NCBI GenBank assembly: GCA_964016885.1
Contig: OZ024742.1
Location: 273,978,001-274,042,000, forward strand
Direction: 5' to 3'
DNA from: Eledone cirrhosa
Lineage: Eukaryota
Length of the DNA stretch: 64,000 bases
The notes below the pieces were generated by a model that was not told the origin of the DNA, did not search any database, and worked only from the letters and a program-made list of their open reading frames with translations. The position numbers were made by a program, and so were the translations under genes. Below are positions 38,601-52,690 of this stretch, piece by piece; positions within the stretch are counted from its first letter, which is position 1, and each line of letters begins with the position of its first letter.

Positions 38601-41447
38601 AATCAACTTCACACATCCTAAATTTGTGGTCCGTGTAGTTGACTACTTTAAATTGCGGACAACCTACACTATCCTTATCTGTTTCCTTACAGATTAGTCT
38701 ATCTAAATACAATCTGGATGACCCGATGCGGTTTGCACATGTCCACATTGGCACATCGGATAATCCAGTCTATACCTATCAGACAGTTCAAAACTTCTGA
38801 GCAGGTTGTTGTGGCTTTTACTCCTTACTGCCCTGTCTACTAGTCCCACACAATCCCAGCGTGCATCTAAGATACCGTTCCAGTCGCCCACTAACACTAT
38901 AGTGGGGGACGTTCCAAGAAAGGTCTCTAGACGTCTGAAGAAATATGCCCGTCCTGCCCCTGTTGGGGGGTAGACGGCTACTGTCCTGAAAGCATTGCCT
39001 TCGCTGCCAGTCACTTCCAGCACCACCGACTTACCTTCTGGTTCCAGGAAGATGGCCCATATGGCGAGATTCAAGCCTCTCCGAAAAAGGACTATTACCC
39101 CTCCCCCCGATCCCTGACGGCTAGGAGATGCGTATACATGGTGGCCACCACATCTATGTTTAGTGACCTGAGGTCGTTGAGCAGGTGATCCTGCTTCCAA
39201 GATGACCCAGGCCACGTACATTTATACTGCCTGTTCTAAGTACTGCCATGTTGGATGAGAAACGGGGCAAGTGAGAAAGGATCACTTACCTTGATGCTGT
39301 GGTGAAGGGACAGTAGAACCGTCCCTTTGACTGGTCATGGGTGTTTCCAAGAGGATGTCAGTGTATATCCTCTTGGTAACCGAACCTCTGAAGTCTCCAA
39401 CTGCTTTGGTGAATTTTTGTTTTAAAAGTTTTGTACTGTTCTACTTTGATTTCAACGATGCTTATGTTTGTCGTGAGAGTTCTTGGTGTGGTGTGGTGTA
39501 GTATTATTTTCTGTGATGTCTGTGTGCTGCTTTATATGTTGTATGAGTTCTTTATTTGCCATGTTTATGGCTGTGTACTTTTTGGTGGGAGGGGTGATTT
39601 TGTTGCTGTTTTCTTGTTGTTGCTGTTGGGTGTGTGTGTTTTGTCATGTTTGCGATGTTGGTGTTTATGGTGATGCTGGTGGTGATGTGGTTGTTGTTGT
39701 AGTGATACTTGTGGGGGTGATGGTGATGGTGGTGGTGATGGTGGTGTTGCTGCAAGTTTCCATGCAACCCTTACCCCTGTTTGTTTGCCTTCACTTTTGG
39801 ACGGTGAAGCTGAGGGATTTTTTCTCTTTTGTTTTTTGTGGCAGACCGATTGCCACTTTCCTCCCGCCTCATACTCCATGTCAAATTCCGTGGCGTCTGG
39901 GAGGAGTTTGAATTCCACTGTTGTTGGTGGTGGTAGTGGATCCCTCTCCGGCGATTTTGCCGCCGGTGTTGCTACTGCGACTGTTGGTTTTACCGCCACT
40001 GCTGCCGCTGCTTTAGTTGTCGTTGCCTTGGTATGGGTGCCTCGGACGTTACCTTCCTACTCACCATGGAAGAGTCTTCTGCCTCTGTTGCCAGCCCTGC
40101 TCTTGGTATTAGCGCATCAGGCGTCGGAAGGAGGGGGGCCCTCTTCTTGCCTATCTTGCCACAGAAATAGCACTTTGGGTGCCATCCTTCCACACTTATA
40201 GGGAGTTGAAGCCGTTCTTCGAGGTCTATGATGTCTGGCATGGCCTCATTGCACTCCTGGTCAGTCAGTATTAGCATCTGCATGCCTATTCCTGACTAGT
40301 TCTCTCTTCCCATACTCTGTATTTGCAGTATGGTGGTCTTCTCGATTCTAGCCAGTACAGACGCAGCCAGCCAAGGTATGGACACGTCGGGCAGGACCTC
40401 AGTCACTTTGATCCTCACAATTTTCTCCCCGCAGTAGGAGGGCACCAAGAATATATCCTCACTCTTTCGGGTTTTCAAAGATTGACACTTCGCCTCTTGG
40501 GGGTGGCGAAATGTACGTCTACTGTGGCGTACCTTTTGCCTCGGGTGATGTGTGTTTTGCGCGCACAGACGCACCCCAATGCCTTTGGGATTTGAGCCTC
40601 GTGGCTCTCTCCACTCGATGTAATATTTTGCTTACGGTGCGGTAATTCACCGCACGGAACTGCTGGTCTTTGAAGAAATCGGGTGGAGGTTTCAGGGAAA
40701 CTCTATTGTCGTTTCTCGTCACCATGGCTCTTGCGAGTGCCATCATCTCCTCCGTGACTAGCACTGTCTCTATATTCCTGGCCACACCTGCGAAAGAAGT
40801 GGCCCTTTTTCAGCAGCCCCATTTTTGCTGGCGCTACTGGTCTTGTTGTTGGTGCTGTTACTGTCGCTACTGCTACAAACGGTGTTGTAGATGTTGTTGC
40901 TGTTATCACTGTTGCAGTTGGTTGTGTTTTGGGTGCCACCGTTGTTGGTGTTTTCGATGCAATTTGTATTGTTGCTGTTGGTGTTGTCGTTGTTTATTTT
41001 CTTGTTAGTGGTGTTAATATCGTTGTTGCATTTGTTGTCATTTTTTTCTGTTGTCTGTATGTTGGTTGACGCTGTTATTGTTGTAGTTAGTGTGGTAATT
41101 TTTTCAAAATTAGTGTTTTCAGTGTTGTCTTTGTTCACGTTGTTTGTAGTGGTGTCTGTTGTATGAATTTCACTAACGCTCCTCTCAAAGTTTAAGCCGT
41201 TGTCACACGACAGCGGGCATTTTGCTGGGGGCGTGGCTCAGCCATGTTGCTTTTTTTCAAATCATTTTTAAAAGTAAAATGTTTAAATATTTGTGCCAAA
41301 AGGCCCAAATATTATACTTTCCCCTTCACAAGGCAAAGTCTAAGGGCTTATATCCCTTACACAACAAGAAATATTTAACAACAAATAATTTTAACAAGCA
41401 AATAAAGCGACTTTCTCGGAGCGAGCAAAAAGCGTCCGAACAGACGA
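35686..41447 (-). mobile_element. Second near full-length Tx1/L1-clade LINE, inactivated
   Basis: Homologous to 27352-32857 (ORF1 ATG ~41245, ORF2 ATG 39249, LDQSKAFDRV, AYADD); sense-strand (ATT)n on both flanks. Confidence 0.92.
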
Positions 41448-41464
41448 ATAATAATAATAATAAT

Positions 41465-41535
41465 TGTTTCTACTTTTTAGCACAAGCCCAGCAAGTACCC
41501 AGTACATTACTGGTACTTTATTTTATCGACCCCGT
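41465..41535 (-). mobile_element. SINE 3' fragment
   Basis: Reverse complement of the 33903 SINE 3' half. Confidence 0.8.
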
Positions 41536-41564
41536 AATTATAATAATAATAATATTAAAAATAA

Positions 41565-43340
41565 TGGTTTCTTTATTGGCCACAAGGGTTAACACGAAGA
41601 AAAATATTACAGACGACACAGAACAGTACAGGACGATACAATGTGGGTTTTGGCCGTGTAAAAATGGTAATAGCAAGAAGATAGAAATATGAAAATAATT
41701 CAAACAGCAAAAATTCCCCAATAAAGGGGAAACTTCCGAGGGTCATTCGTGGCGAAAATCACACAAGCGCCCTCTCTCAATTTTCCACTCCTCAGTCTAC
41801 AGACGCATACTCAGAGCGGGCCCTTTCACTCGGACCATACTCGCCTCGTTCACCCACCTTTCAACAAATTTACTAGGGGACTGCACTTGCCTCTCGAACC
41901 TGATTTTCCTCTTCAAGTTAAATTAAAAAAGTTAATCAGGGATTGGCCAAGAGGAAAGTGTCCGTCTTCAATCCTTTCAACCTTGTTCACCATACAATCT
42001 CTTTCGCCATGGCAACCAGGCAGATGAAAACTGTCTGCCCTTCCTCCTACTTAAAGGGGGACGGCGGGGCTATCGGCACAATGGACTCTGTCGATAACCG
42101 GATCCGTCCTATATGTGACAGCAAATGTTCGACATATCTCCACAAATCAGCAATCCTCGGACATTGAACGAGTGCGTGCAGGAGGGTTTCGTCGCTCTGT
42201 GCATTCTTGGACAGGTTCGGCTGACGGCACTTCCGTGCCTGTAGATCTTATCTCGAACCGGCAACGCTCTTCGGTAGCACTGCCAAGCCAGGGATTTCTG
42301 GAAGTTGTCCATAGGTCTCGGAGTGAACGTTCTCTTGAAGATAGTGAACAGCTGATCGTCTTCGACGCCCAGGGTCTCCCCGAGAACGTCGTCATTCCCC
42401 CCCCCCAGTAGTCCTCTATAGAACGCCGAGGAGGGTGTTCCACTAATACTAGTGTCCAGCTGGTAGAAGGCTGTAAGCGCTTGGAGACATTCCAGCTTCC
42501 ATGGGCTATTAATCGATCTTTTCCAAATCCAGGACTGTAGATACGTTAATGAGACGAGCTGGGGAAAAACACGTCTGGCAAACGGTGAGCACACCTGTTC
42601 ACCGTCAAGGAAGCACCAGAGATGTCGCAGCCTCAGCGCGTGTTTGCGCATCATCAGCCACGGTTTGCCCAGCCTTCCACGCAACGGGCGTTGATATCTG
42701 ACGGATCGTCTGAAGATGGGAGCACGTCCCTTCCATAAAAAGCGGAAGAGAAGGCGCTCCATTTTCGTCAGAGTTGGGGCGGGGCAAGTCTCAACGGTTA
42801 GGCGAACCTTTCAGGGACAGCTTCCTCTCGGCCCATTTCTGTCTGAGAGAGACCACTCTGTTCGCCACCTCGCTTAGATCTTTCTCCAACTGGAGGTCCG
42901 GACCCCGAGCTATTTAACCGGTCCTTCCATCCAGCGACCCACGAGGCTTTCGGGTGGCATGACCTTGCATCTCCAGGTGACGAGCTGCAAGCCCACCGAC
43001 TTTTCCTTGTTTAACTTTGCTCCTGTCTCTGATTCATATTCTTTGAGAGCGGTACCGAGCATCTGGACATGTCCGGTGCTTGAAACCAGCACGGTGTCGT
43101 CGTCGGCGCAAGCTGATACGGATCTCCCACATGCTAGTTCGCGTGGGACGTCTCTCATCGCCTGGAATTTGTACAGTAACGGCTCTAGGGACAATGCGTA
43201 CAAGAGTTGTGAGAGGTGACAACCCTGACTGACCGATCGCCTGATACTAGACGGCTGTGACAGATGACATGTCACCTTCACAACTGAGAGGTTGTCGCTG
43301 TGCATAGCAGCAATCCAACTCCTGAAAATAGTCCCGAATG
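41565..43340 (-). mobile_element. Third Tx1 copy, 5'-truncated
   Basis: RT C-half (SQGCHLSQLLYAL, ACADDD) and the same 3'UTR. Confidence 0.88.
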
Positions 43341-43344
43341 CTTG

Positions 43345-46170
43345 TGATATCAGTTCTCTTGGGAACTTCCTCGTATGTTACATAGTCCTTCCAACGGATG
43401 TCCATGATGGAGCGAAGTCATCACTGGTTGAATCTTTCCAGTAGCTTCATCTGCTTGCGGTATAGGGCCCAGCATTCAGCTCCGTAGATGAGGGTAGTGA
43501 TTACAATAGCTTTAAAGACTTTGATCTTTATGGTGAGACGTAGTCAGTGGTTCAGCGAAACACCTTTCAGCAATCGTCTGAATGAGCTGGTGGTCTTGGT
43601 AATACGGTTGTCAATGTCCTTTGCTGAGGTAACGTCATTGGCAATGACGCTTCCCAACTATGTGAAATGCTCCACTACACCGAGGGGGTGGCCAATTATG
43701 TTAAACAGCGGAAGGTGGTACACGTCATTTTCTGGCTTCTGGGACATGACTTTTCTTGAGGCTTATGGTCAGGCCAAATACATTCGCTACCCGAGCAAAG
43801 CAGCTGACTGTTACCTGTAGATCTTCCTCCGTGTGCGCCAGAAGGGTACAGTCCTTTGCGAACTTCAGATCCAGCACCAACTTCACCAATGTTTTAGTGA
43901 TGGCAAGCGGTTGTCGGAAGTCTAACACACTCCCATCAGTATGGATCCGGATGAACAGGCTTTCACATTGAACTGTTTTGCTTCGCCCAGCATTATCCTG
44001 AAGAAGATTGCAAATCGGGTTGATGCAAGGTCACAGCCTGGTTTCACGCCATCCTTGAAGGGGAATTTATCAGTGAGACCACCATTGTGCTTCAGCTGCT
44101 CCAGCTGTTCTGTATGGTGTTGCTGGAGCACCATAGTCAGGAATTTTGGTGGACATCCAAGTCTGGTGCGGATCATCCATAGTCTAGCCTTACTGACTGT
44201 ATGAAATGCCTTTGAGAAAGCAGCGTACATGGAGACATATTTTTTTACTGTGCATTATTCTTGGATCTATAGGAGGAAATAAATCATGTCTGTGGTTCTG
44301 CAGTTATCACGGAATCTGCATTGTTTTTCTGGAAAAACATCCTCTGCAATGGCTGGGATGAGACAAATGAGCAAGACACGAACGATTTGTGTGCCTGCAT
44401 TTGCAAATAACGTGATGCCATGGTAGTTTGAGCAGTCTAACGTTTGGCCTTTGTTCAGCACATTGATCAGAACTGTGCATTCAGGTCCGTGAGCTTCTCA
44501 ACGAATGAGCCACGGCCACACATGTACACTCCAGCGGGAATACCACCAAAACCTGGAGCGCTGTGTGTTTTCAGATGGGGTGGTTGCAGAATGTACCTCC
44601 TGTAGGGAGGGTAGTGCATCCAGCTCACTTTTGACATGCTGCTGTGAGCTTTTGTTGATTGAAGTATCTGCTACCGGGCGTTTGACTCCAAACAGGTTGC
44701 CATTGTGTTCAGTCATCTTCGGAACTTGCCAATAAGTCGAAGGGAGCTACAATGGTGTTGACCTTTGTTTCCAGCTTTTCCTGACATTTTTCCTTCAGCA
44801 AGGGGAAGTGATCAACATTTATTTTCATGAATTGTGGAGATCTTTAAATCACTATGTGCTTGACCGTCTATCGTATGGTAAGTGTAGAAGTCAGGACACG
44901 GTATAAATCTGGCATTCAGCACGTCTTTTGTATCTCTCTGAGGCACAAGCATATAAAACAATAGGTACCAATGCTTGGAGCGTGGGTATCACCATGTTGT
45001 TTTGAACCTGTTTTGTTTTTTAACTGGAAAAGTTTGTTGGTGATGTCCAGAGAATACTCAGCTCATAGCTGAAGCACTAGCCGGCCGTTTTCGTTGCAGT
45101 TTCTCATATCATGTCGTCTGAACACACCAGGCCAAGTGGCATGATCGCTGACAACACTTGCGTAGAAATCACTCATGATGACGATTTTGTCAGAGCAATT
45201 GATTTCCAGAATGATTGATCTCAGTTCACACTAAAAGGATTCTTTTGACGTAGGATCTCCTTACAGCGTTGGGGATCAGATAATAATGATGGTGAGGAAT
45301 GAGAAGACGGGGGGACATCAGTCGGTCAGAGTGACCAACTGGGAAACCTTTGAGACGTCTACCGATGCTGTCTCTTATCATGAAACCAACTCCAAACAGT
45401 CTGTGATCGCCGTTGAACTTGCCAGAACTTAACAGGGTATAGCATGTACCATTGAGCCTATAGCGTGTTCCACCAGGCATTTATGCTCGGCCATAGGAAC
45501 CTCGCTCGTGGTAGCAATAATAATGTTCAGTCGATCTAGCTCCTTCGCTACTAATACTGAGCACTCTGTGAGCGGTTGTTGTCATCAGAATCCTGCATGT
45601 TACGAAAATTCCAGCATAGCAATTTGAAACTTTTCGTTTTTACATTTATCATCTTGTTTCTACCCTGTATTGAGATGCTCGTTGGCCGCGGTGAGTTAAC
45701 TAAGTAAGGGTGTGATAAGCTTTTTTAGACCACCTTCTCTAGGTCCATCTCCTTGTGAAGCAAGCAGTTCTGTCATATTAGAAAGTTGCTTGGTCGCCCA
45801 GAGTGCTGTTGTCTCCTTCAGCAGGCAAGAGACGCATACATCTGAGTTTACTATATTTCGAGTTGAGACTCAGAGTTTCAGTTCATCTCATACCTGTCGA
45901 TTCGCCTCTTCTCCCCCGCTGTAGGACTTTCATACAATTACTTCCCGCGTACGATCGGTGGTTTTTAAGTGAGGGTCAGTGTCTGGAAACCGATCTCACT
46001 CTTTAGAGCATGGAGTCCTTCTCCTGTGACCCAGCATGCTGATACGACTGGGGCGACTGACACACTGTAGGTTTTATATCAGTGTCTCCTTCTCCTAGGC
46101 AGCAGATTTGGTGTCACAGTTTTCCTTCTCCTAAGTTGGTTCCCAACCAAGGCTAATATGCGCTCAGCCT
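43345..46170 (-). mobile_element. Degenerate RTE (BovB-like) LINE, APE-RT, 3' end replaced by Tx1
   Basis: YTLLSSGK...GVGFMIR (APE), CSNYHGITL, PEKQCRFR, SKAFHTV, LGCPPKF, GVKPGCDLAST, FAKDCTL. Confidence 0.85.
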
Positions 46171-46728
46171 GCCGATCTCTCAATTATGCGCCAGAGTAAT
46201 CGGTTGCGCCTAAAGAAAGCTCTGTATAAACAGGAGGTACCACGTGAAAGTGTTGTTTGAGGCGCAGTTGAGGAGAGGCCATATACATGTGCACACAGAA
46301 AGCTGTAGACACAGTGGCAGTCACTTCCAATGGGTAGAGGTGGCTCTACAATCGCAGCACTATCATTGATTAGGCGCGACGTCCAGCACCAAACATACCT
46401 ATCCTCAGCTATCCTGACAAAGTTTGAAATTAGCTGTTGAAATGGTAAGCGTTCAGTCATCGGATCCCGATACTTTCTAATATGATCACACACTACTATC
46501 CCAAGAATCATGTACACTGTTGAATAATGGTTTAGCTAGTATAAAACTGGCTCAATCCTGATATATATATATATATTTTTTAAAAATTAGAATTGGAGCT
46601 CTGAAATAGCAATATATATATATGAATGTATATATAATGTATTTTGGAATACACTTTATGCTTAATTAAAAGCATTTTGAAGACCGTATGCTATTGTTTT
46701 AGAGTAGTGACAAACTCACTTACTTTAA

Positions 46729-46820
46729 TCTCAGCAAACAAGGGGAGATAAGCCGACAAGGCCTTGTTTCGCATTTATTGATGCTTATCAAGGCTAACTT
46801 CTCCCTCTTGTCTACTGAGA
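46729..46820 (-). ncRNA. Extended type I hammerhead, U3-A8 variant (inverted copy)
   Basis: Minus: agcc-TTGATAA-gcat[caataa]atgc-GAAA-caaggccttg-TC-ggct with distal stem I. Confidence 0.82.
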
Positions 46821-46865
46821 TCACTGATTATTTACTAGAATTCTATAAGAATATAACATCAGTGA

Positions 46866-46957
46866 TCTCAGTAGACAGGGTGGAGTAGTTAGCCTTGATA
46901 AGCATCAATAAATGCGAAACAAGGCCTTGTCGGCTTATCTCCCCTTGTTTGCTGAGA
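46866..46957 (+). ncRNA. Extended type I hammerhead, U3-A8 variant
   Basis: agcc-TTGATAA-gcat[caataa]atgc-GAAA-caaggccttg-TC-ggct; predicted cut after 46931. Confidence 0.85.
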
Positions 46958-47186
46958 TTAAAGTAAGTGAGTTTGTCACTACTCTAAAACAATAGCATAC
47001 GGTCTTCAAAATGCTTTTAATTAAGCATAAAGTGTATTGCAAAATACATTATATATACATTCATATATATATATTGCTATTTCAGAGCTCCAATTCTAAT
47101 TTTTAATTTCTGCCTGACCGGCAACCGCTCTGTATAATCAGTTCCTGATTATTTACTAGAATTCTATAAGAATATAACATCAGTGA

Positions 47187-47278
47187 TCTCAGTAAACAGG
47201 GGGGAGTAGTTAGCCTTGATAAGCATCAATAAATGCGAAACAAGGGCTTGTCGGCTTATCTCCCTTTGTTTGCTGAGA
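47187..47278 (+). ncRNA. Extended type I hammerhead, U3-A8 variant
   Basis: Same motif, stem III caagggcttg; predicted cut after 47252. Confidence 0.85.
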
Positions 47279-47505
47279 TTAAAGTAAGTGAGTTTGTCAC
47301 TACTCTAAAACAATAGCATACGGTCTTCAAAATGCTTTTAATTAAGCATAAAGTGTATTGCAAAATACATTATATATACATTCATATATATATTGCTATT
47401 TCAGAGCACCAATTCTAATTTTTAATTTCTGCCTGACCGGCAACCGCTCTGTATAATCAGTTCCTGATTATTTACTAGAATTCTATAAGAATATAACATC
47501 AGTGA

Positions 47506-47597
47506 TCTCAGTAAACAGGGGGGAGTAGTTAGCCTTGATAAGCATCAATAAATGCGAAACAAGGCCTTGTCGGCTTATCTCCCCTTGTTTGCTGAGA
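47506..47597 (+). ncRNA. Extended type I hammerhead, U3-A8 variant
   Basis: Same motif; predicted cut after 47571. Confidence 0.85.
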
Positions 47598-47731
47598 TTA
47601 AAGTAAGTGAGTTTGTCACTACTCTAAAACAATAGCATACGGTCTTCAAAATGCTTTTAATTAAGCATAAAGTGTATTGCAAAATACATTATATATACAT
47701 TAATATATATATATATATATATAAATATATA

Positions 47732-48803
47732 TAGGGTGGAGACGGTATCTGAAGACAGATTTATGGTTTTAAAAATCAGTTATATAATAACAGAAAAAAC
47801 TGTAATCTTATAAAAATAACATAAACCTAAAGCTAAATTATCAATTTAATAATTTCATTCAATAAAACTAACATAAGCATCAATAACTGTTTCTACATGT
47901 AGTTGAAATCTTTTACAAGCTCGGATTGAGTGGTCTTTGTTTATATCGGACAGACTTGAACTATTACGGTTTTCAAAGAATCTTTGATGCTATGGGTGTG
48001 TTTATTGACATTTTTCTCAACGATCCTTCATACATAGTAGTCAAGTGGATTGAGGTCTGGAGAATTAGGAGTCTAAATGTTGGGTGATGGAGGAGAATCA
48101 CATGTCCTTCATTGGTAACAACACCCAAAACCATGACACTTGCAGGAAATATTGTGTGCATTACTCTTGGAACCTCAGAAGGGTATGCACATAGCCACCT
48201 GTTATTTCTTCTGTTAGTTTTCTGGTCCTGGTCAAAGTTTTTTCTCATCTGAGAAAAACCAAATCACATCATCTTCTGATGGATTTTTAAGTTTATTCAA
48301 AAGTCTTTTGGATCTGGTTACACGGTTTTCTTTTGTTTTTTTTCTGACATGAATTGACCTCTCCTCATCACGTAAGATTTGTATCTGATGTCTTCATGCA
48401 CAACATTTCTGATTGTTTTTTCTGACACACAAACATTTTTTGCAATTGACCTCATTGATTTTCCTGGATTGTAATCAATGTTTCGCTTAACTTCCTGAAT
48501 AAATTAAGTGTCCTGATAGAATCAGAACATTTGAAATGTTTTTTACGTTTTGATACGTATAATATGGTTCCATCTTCATACCGAATTTTGTGGACAAAAG
48601 GTCTTGCAACTTTCAGAAAATGAGAAATTTCTAAATCACACCATGCTAGCCTTCAAAGCCACAATTACAGCCTGCCTTTTCATTTCATTAGTAAGCATAG
48701 TTAATTTCATTTTTATTTTCTGAAATGGAAGTTCAATAAAAATTAGTAAAATAAAATAATGGCTAAAAATGCATGTGTCCTCAGCCAGCGTCCGTACACT
48801 GTA
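47732..48803 (-). mobile_element. Degenerate Tc1/mariner DNA transposon (maT/DD37D-like)
   Basis: WFFSDEKNFDQDQKTNRRNNRWL...FPASVMVLGVV and PNSPDLNPLDYYV; decayed TIRs; TA flanks. Confidence 0.8.
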
Positions 48804-48847
48804 TATCTATATATCTATATATCTATATATCTATATATATCTATATA

Positions 48848-49365
<518 letters not shown>

Positions 49366-49426
49366 GTATATATATATAAGTTAAAACATTGAAATAAAAA
49401 TTCAAGTCATTAGAAATATACTTCAC

Positions 49427-49562
49427 TGCTTTACGATCGTTTCTAGGTGATAATAATACATCGTACGCATATTTCGTTATCGATCTATGTAGGGTTACTT
49501 ACAAAATATCAAATAAGGAATATATTTACCTACATGTATATTATCAGCTGTTGTCAGAAGCA
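49427..49562 (-). ncRNA. Hammerhead with very long stem II, core decayed
   Basis: Minus: tgctt-CTGACAA-cagctgataata...tattatcaccta-GAAA-cgatcg-TA-aagca. Confidence 0.6.
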
Positions 49563-49595
49563 AAGCTGTGTCAAATCGTTGTCAAAAACTAATTC

Positions 49596-49663
<68 letters not shown>

Positions 49664-49959
49664 TATATAGATATATAGATGTATATGGTATGGTCCCGTT
49701 CAGGGGCACAGTACTATCGACATACGACATTGTTGTGTATGTTTAAGCCTGATGGAGCCCATCGCCCTCCAGACCAATATATATATACTGTATATATATA
49801 TATAATAGTTGTATTTGGAGAGGGTCATATTGTTACAAATGTAGATATAACTATATCACATCATCAGTGGTACTATTACCACTGGTACTATGCCTTCACT
49901 AAAATCTGTGGAATACAAACATAAGTAAATTTAAAAAAGAAAATACGAACGGCAATAAT

Positions 49960-50343
49960 GATTGTTTCTACTTTAGGCACAAGGCCAGCAATTACCCAGT
50001 GGATTACTGGTACGTTATTTTATCGACCCCGTAAGGATGAAAGGCAAAGTTAACCTCGGCGGGATTTGAACTCAGACCCTAAAGGACCGTAACTCTATGC
50101 TGCAAAGGATGGTGTCCGACTCTACCAATACTGCCAATCCACCGCCCACGAACGGCAATAATAATTGTTTCTACTTTCGGCACAAGGCCAGCAATTACCC
50201 AGTACATTACTGGTACTTTATTTTATCGGCCCCGTAAGGATGAAAGGCAAAATTAACCTCGACGGGATTTGAACTCAGACCATAAAGGGACGTAACTATG
50301 CTAGAAAGCATGGCGTCCGACCCTTTACCGATACTGCCAATTC
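49960..50343 (-). mobile_element. Two head-to-tail tRNA-SINE copies
   Basis: 49960-50147 and 50163-50343 each match the 33903 SINE; B box GAGTTCAAATCCC. Confidence 0.88.
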
Positions 50344-50699
50344 ACGAACGACAATAATAATAACAACGAAAGTGGTAAGATGAACAACAGCCATAACATT
50401 AGATATAGCAATAATAACTACAATGGCTATAGAAATAACGACTATAATGATATTAATAATCATAACAATAACAACAGCAATGATAGCAGGAGTGATAGAT
50501 ATAATAATAATAGAAATATTAGTAACAACGACGATAACGACAGAGAGAACAACAACAGCAACAACTATAATAACAGCAACATACATAAAAACAAGACATG
50601 TAATAACAGCAATAATAGAAATACCAGTAAAAACGATAACAGTAAGGAAATAAACAACAAATATAACATTAATGACAATAATAGAACACACAACTACAA

Positions 50700-51260
50700 C
50701 GGTAGATTTAATGACAACCCCTTAGAGAACCTGTTCTTCAACCTAACATACAAGACGAACACATTTTACCCAACTACATTACCTTTTAATAAAAGAGTCT
50801 GTATACCTCATTAAATAGATGACGAAACAGGCAAAATTTACCATAACAAGAAATAACCTAAGACTGGTAGTAGAGCAATATAGTAGGTGACGAAACAGAC
50901 CAGAGGTCCAACAACTTGGAAGAAAACCTGCAGAAGGCCTACTTAGCTTCATGCAACGCACAAAGGATGGTGAAGTAATGTGTCAACCTACAGACAAATC
51001 CGGTAGGATGTTAATAGGCAGCATGCCAAACTACATCGATGCTATGGAACCCAACATCATCAACACGAAACAACACCACATAGATATGGGGAAAGAGAAA
51101 GGATCCTCAATACTCACATGACGATATGGACTGACATCCTAAAACGAAGTAGACGCACAGCCAATAATTTCCACGCCTCTAATAACGATAAACCACCACT
51201 GTATGGACTTCGACCGTAAAACAGCTAGCGATCCTATGACAGGACAACCAACAAGTAAGG
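50700..51260 (+). pseudogene. Possible PLE RT N-terminal remnant
   Basis: CQPTDKSGRM and PPLYGLR motifs; many stops. Confidence 0.45.
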
Positions 51261-51757
51261 TACTCAATACGTTTGTAGAGTGTATACTACACTGTTTAAC
51301 ATAGAAATAGATTCTAGAGACCAGAACTGTTTAATTTGAAAGAAAGCATCAGGAAAGCCATAATGATTTCTTTGAATTAAACCGTTGTAGTCCTGTAGAA
51401 GCCATTTATATAAGCGGCAGAAATAGGGTTCATCTGAAGGGACTTCAGACTAACGTTTCTCAATAGATTGCGTTGCTCGCAGATCAGATAATTGCTCTAG
51501 GTAGCACCGCTGTTTCTCCGAATTGATACAATATTACGGGCATGGAGTTAGAATTATTCGGGAAAGAATCTGTGTACTGATCTCACAGGCAGGAGACCTA
51601 GGTGTAGCCGCTGAGCAAGACCGTTGGATAACACCTGTGAGCTTATTGGGCATGGATTGGGGATCCAGCCGTATAAATTGGACATGGTTGACTCTTACAA
51701 GACCTGCTGGAAGGTGTATTTGAGAGAATGCTTTCCCTACATCCTCCTCAGAAATAA

Positions 51758-51851
<94 letters not shown>

Positions 51852-52539
51852 GTGTGTCAGAGTGTATGTGGTGCTTATCCTTGGGAGTCTACTAATTATG
51901 GGAGTACTCAATGCATGGGGAAATAGAGAGTGTATATAAGGTAAGTAGAATCTTGACCGCTTCGATATGCGGTTTCCGCTAGCGTGTTTTGGAAGCCTAG
52001 GCTTTCATTGCATTTTAGATAATATAGCTACTTTTATTAAACCATATTGCTTCGCTTTTCGGTATATAATAACGTAAACATATATTTCAAACTCTTGGGC
52101 CATTTGTATTGCATTCAAACAGGTATAATGTTTACAAGGTCTCTATTAATATTCTCATTAAATCGCTAATATGAACACAATGATCAAGATGATTTTTGTG
52201 TTTCCTACCTCAACATCGAATCATTATAATGGATTCCAGCTGTGTATTGCCCGAGAAAATAACAATAATTCTTATATACGAAAGTGTCATTATTCTGATA
52301 TAGAATAGTAATTTCCTCTTAAATGTACGCATTTTGTTTAGATAGATAGAAAGTTGATTTATTGATTAGTTATGGCTGTTCTAGTGTTGAAATATAGCAA
52401 GATACAAATAATTGATGTATTCTTGCACCTTGTATCACAAGAAAATTCTAGTTACAAACCTTCTGTGTAATATGATATTTGAATATCAATAGAAAACATT
52501 GTGTTAGATATATTGGGAAATAAGAATTAATGTTTAATA

Positions 52540-52690
52540 ATGGTTTCTGATTTAGGAACAAGGCCAACAATTTTAGGGGGAGGGAAAGTCAATTAAATCG
52601 ACCCCGGTGCATTAACGGTGCTTTATTTCATCGAACTCGTAAGGATGAAAGGCAAAGCTAACCTTGGCGGGATTTGAACTCAGAACGTAA
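52540..52690 (-). mobile_element. SINE, diverged subfamily
   Basis: aaggatgaaaggcaaagctaaccttggcgggatttgaactcag shared with the 49960 copies. Confidence 0.75.

Larger units (their letters stand above)
46581..47705 (+). mobile_element. Candidate retrozyme: ~320-bp non-coding tandem units, each with a hammerhead, plus one inverted unit
   Basis: Unit starts at 46824, 47145 and 47464; 46581-46828 is inverted at 46858-47105; no ORF of 60 aa or more; (TA)n on both sides. Confidence 0.85.

Noticed and set aside
51985-52125. Minus-strand GAAA-gcctaggc-TT palindromic stem III
   Set aside because: No valid CUGANGA box or stem I upstream
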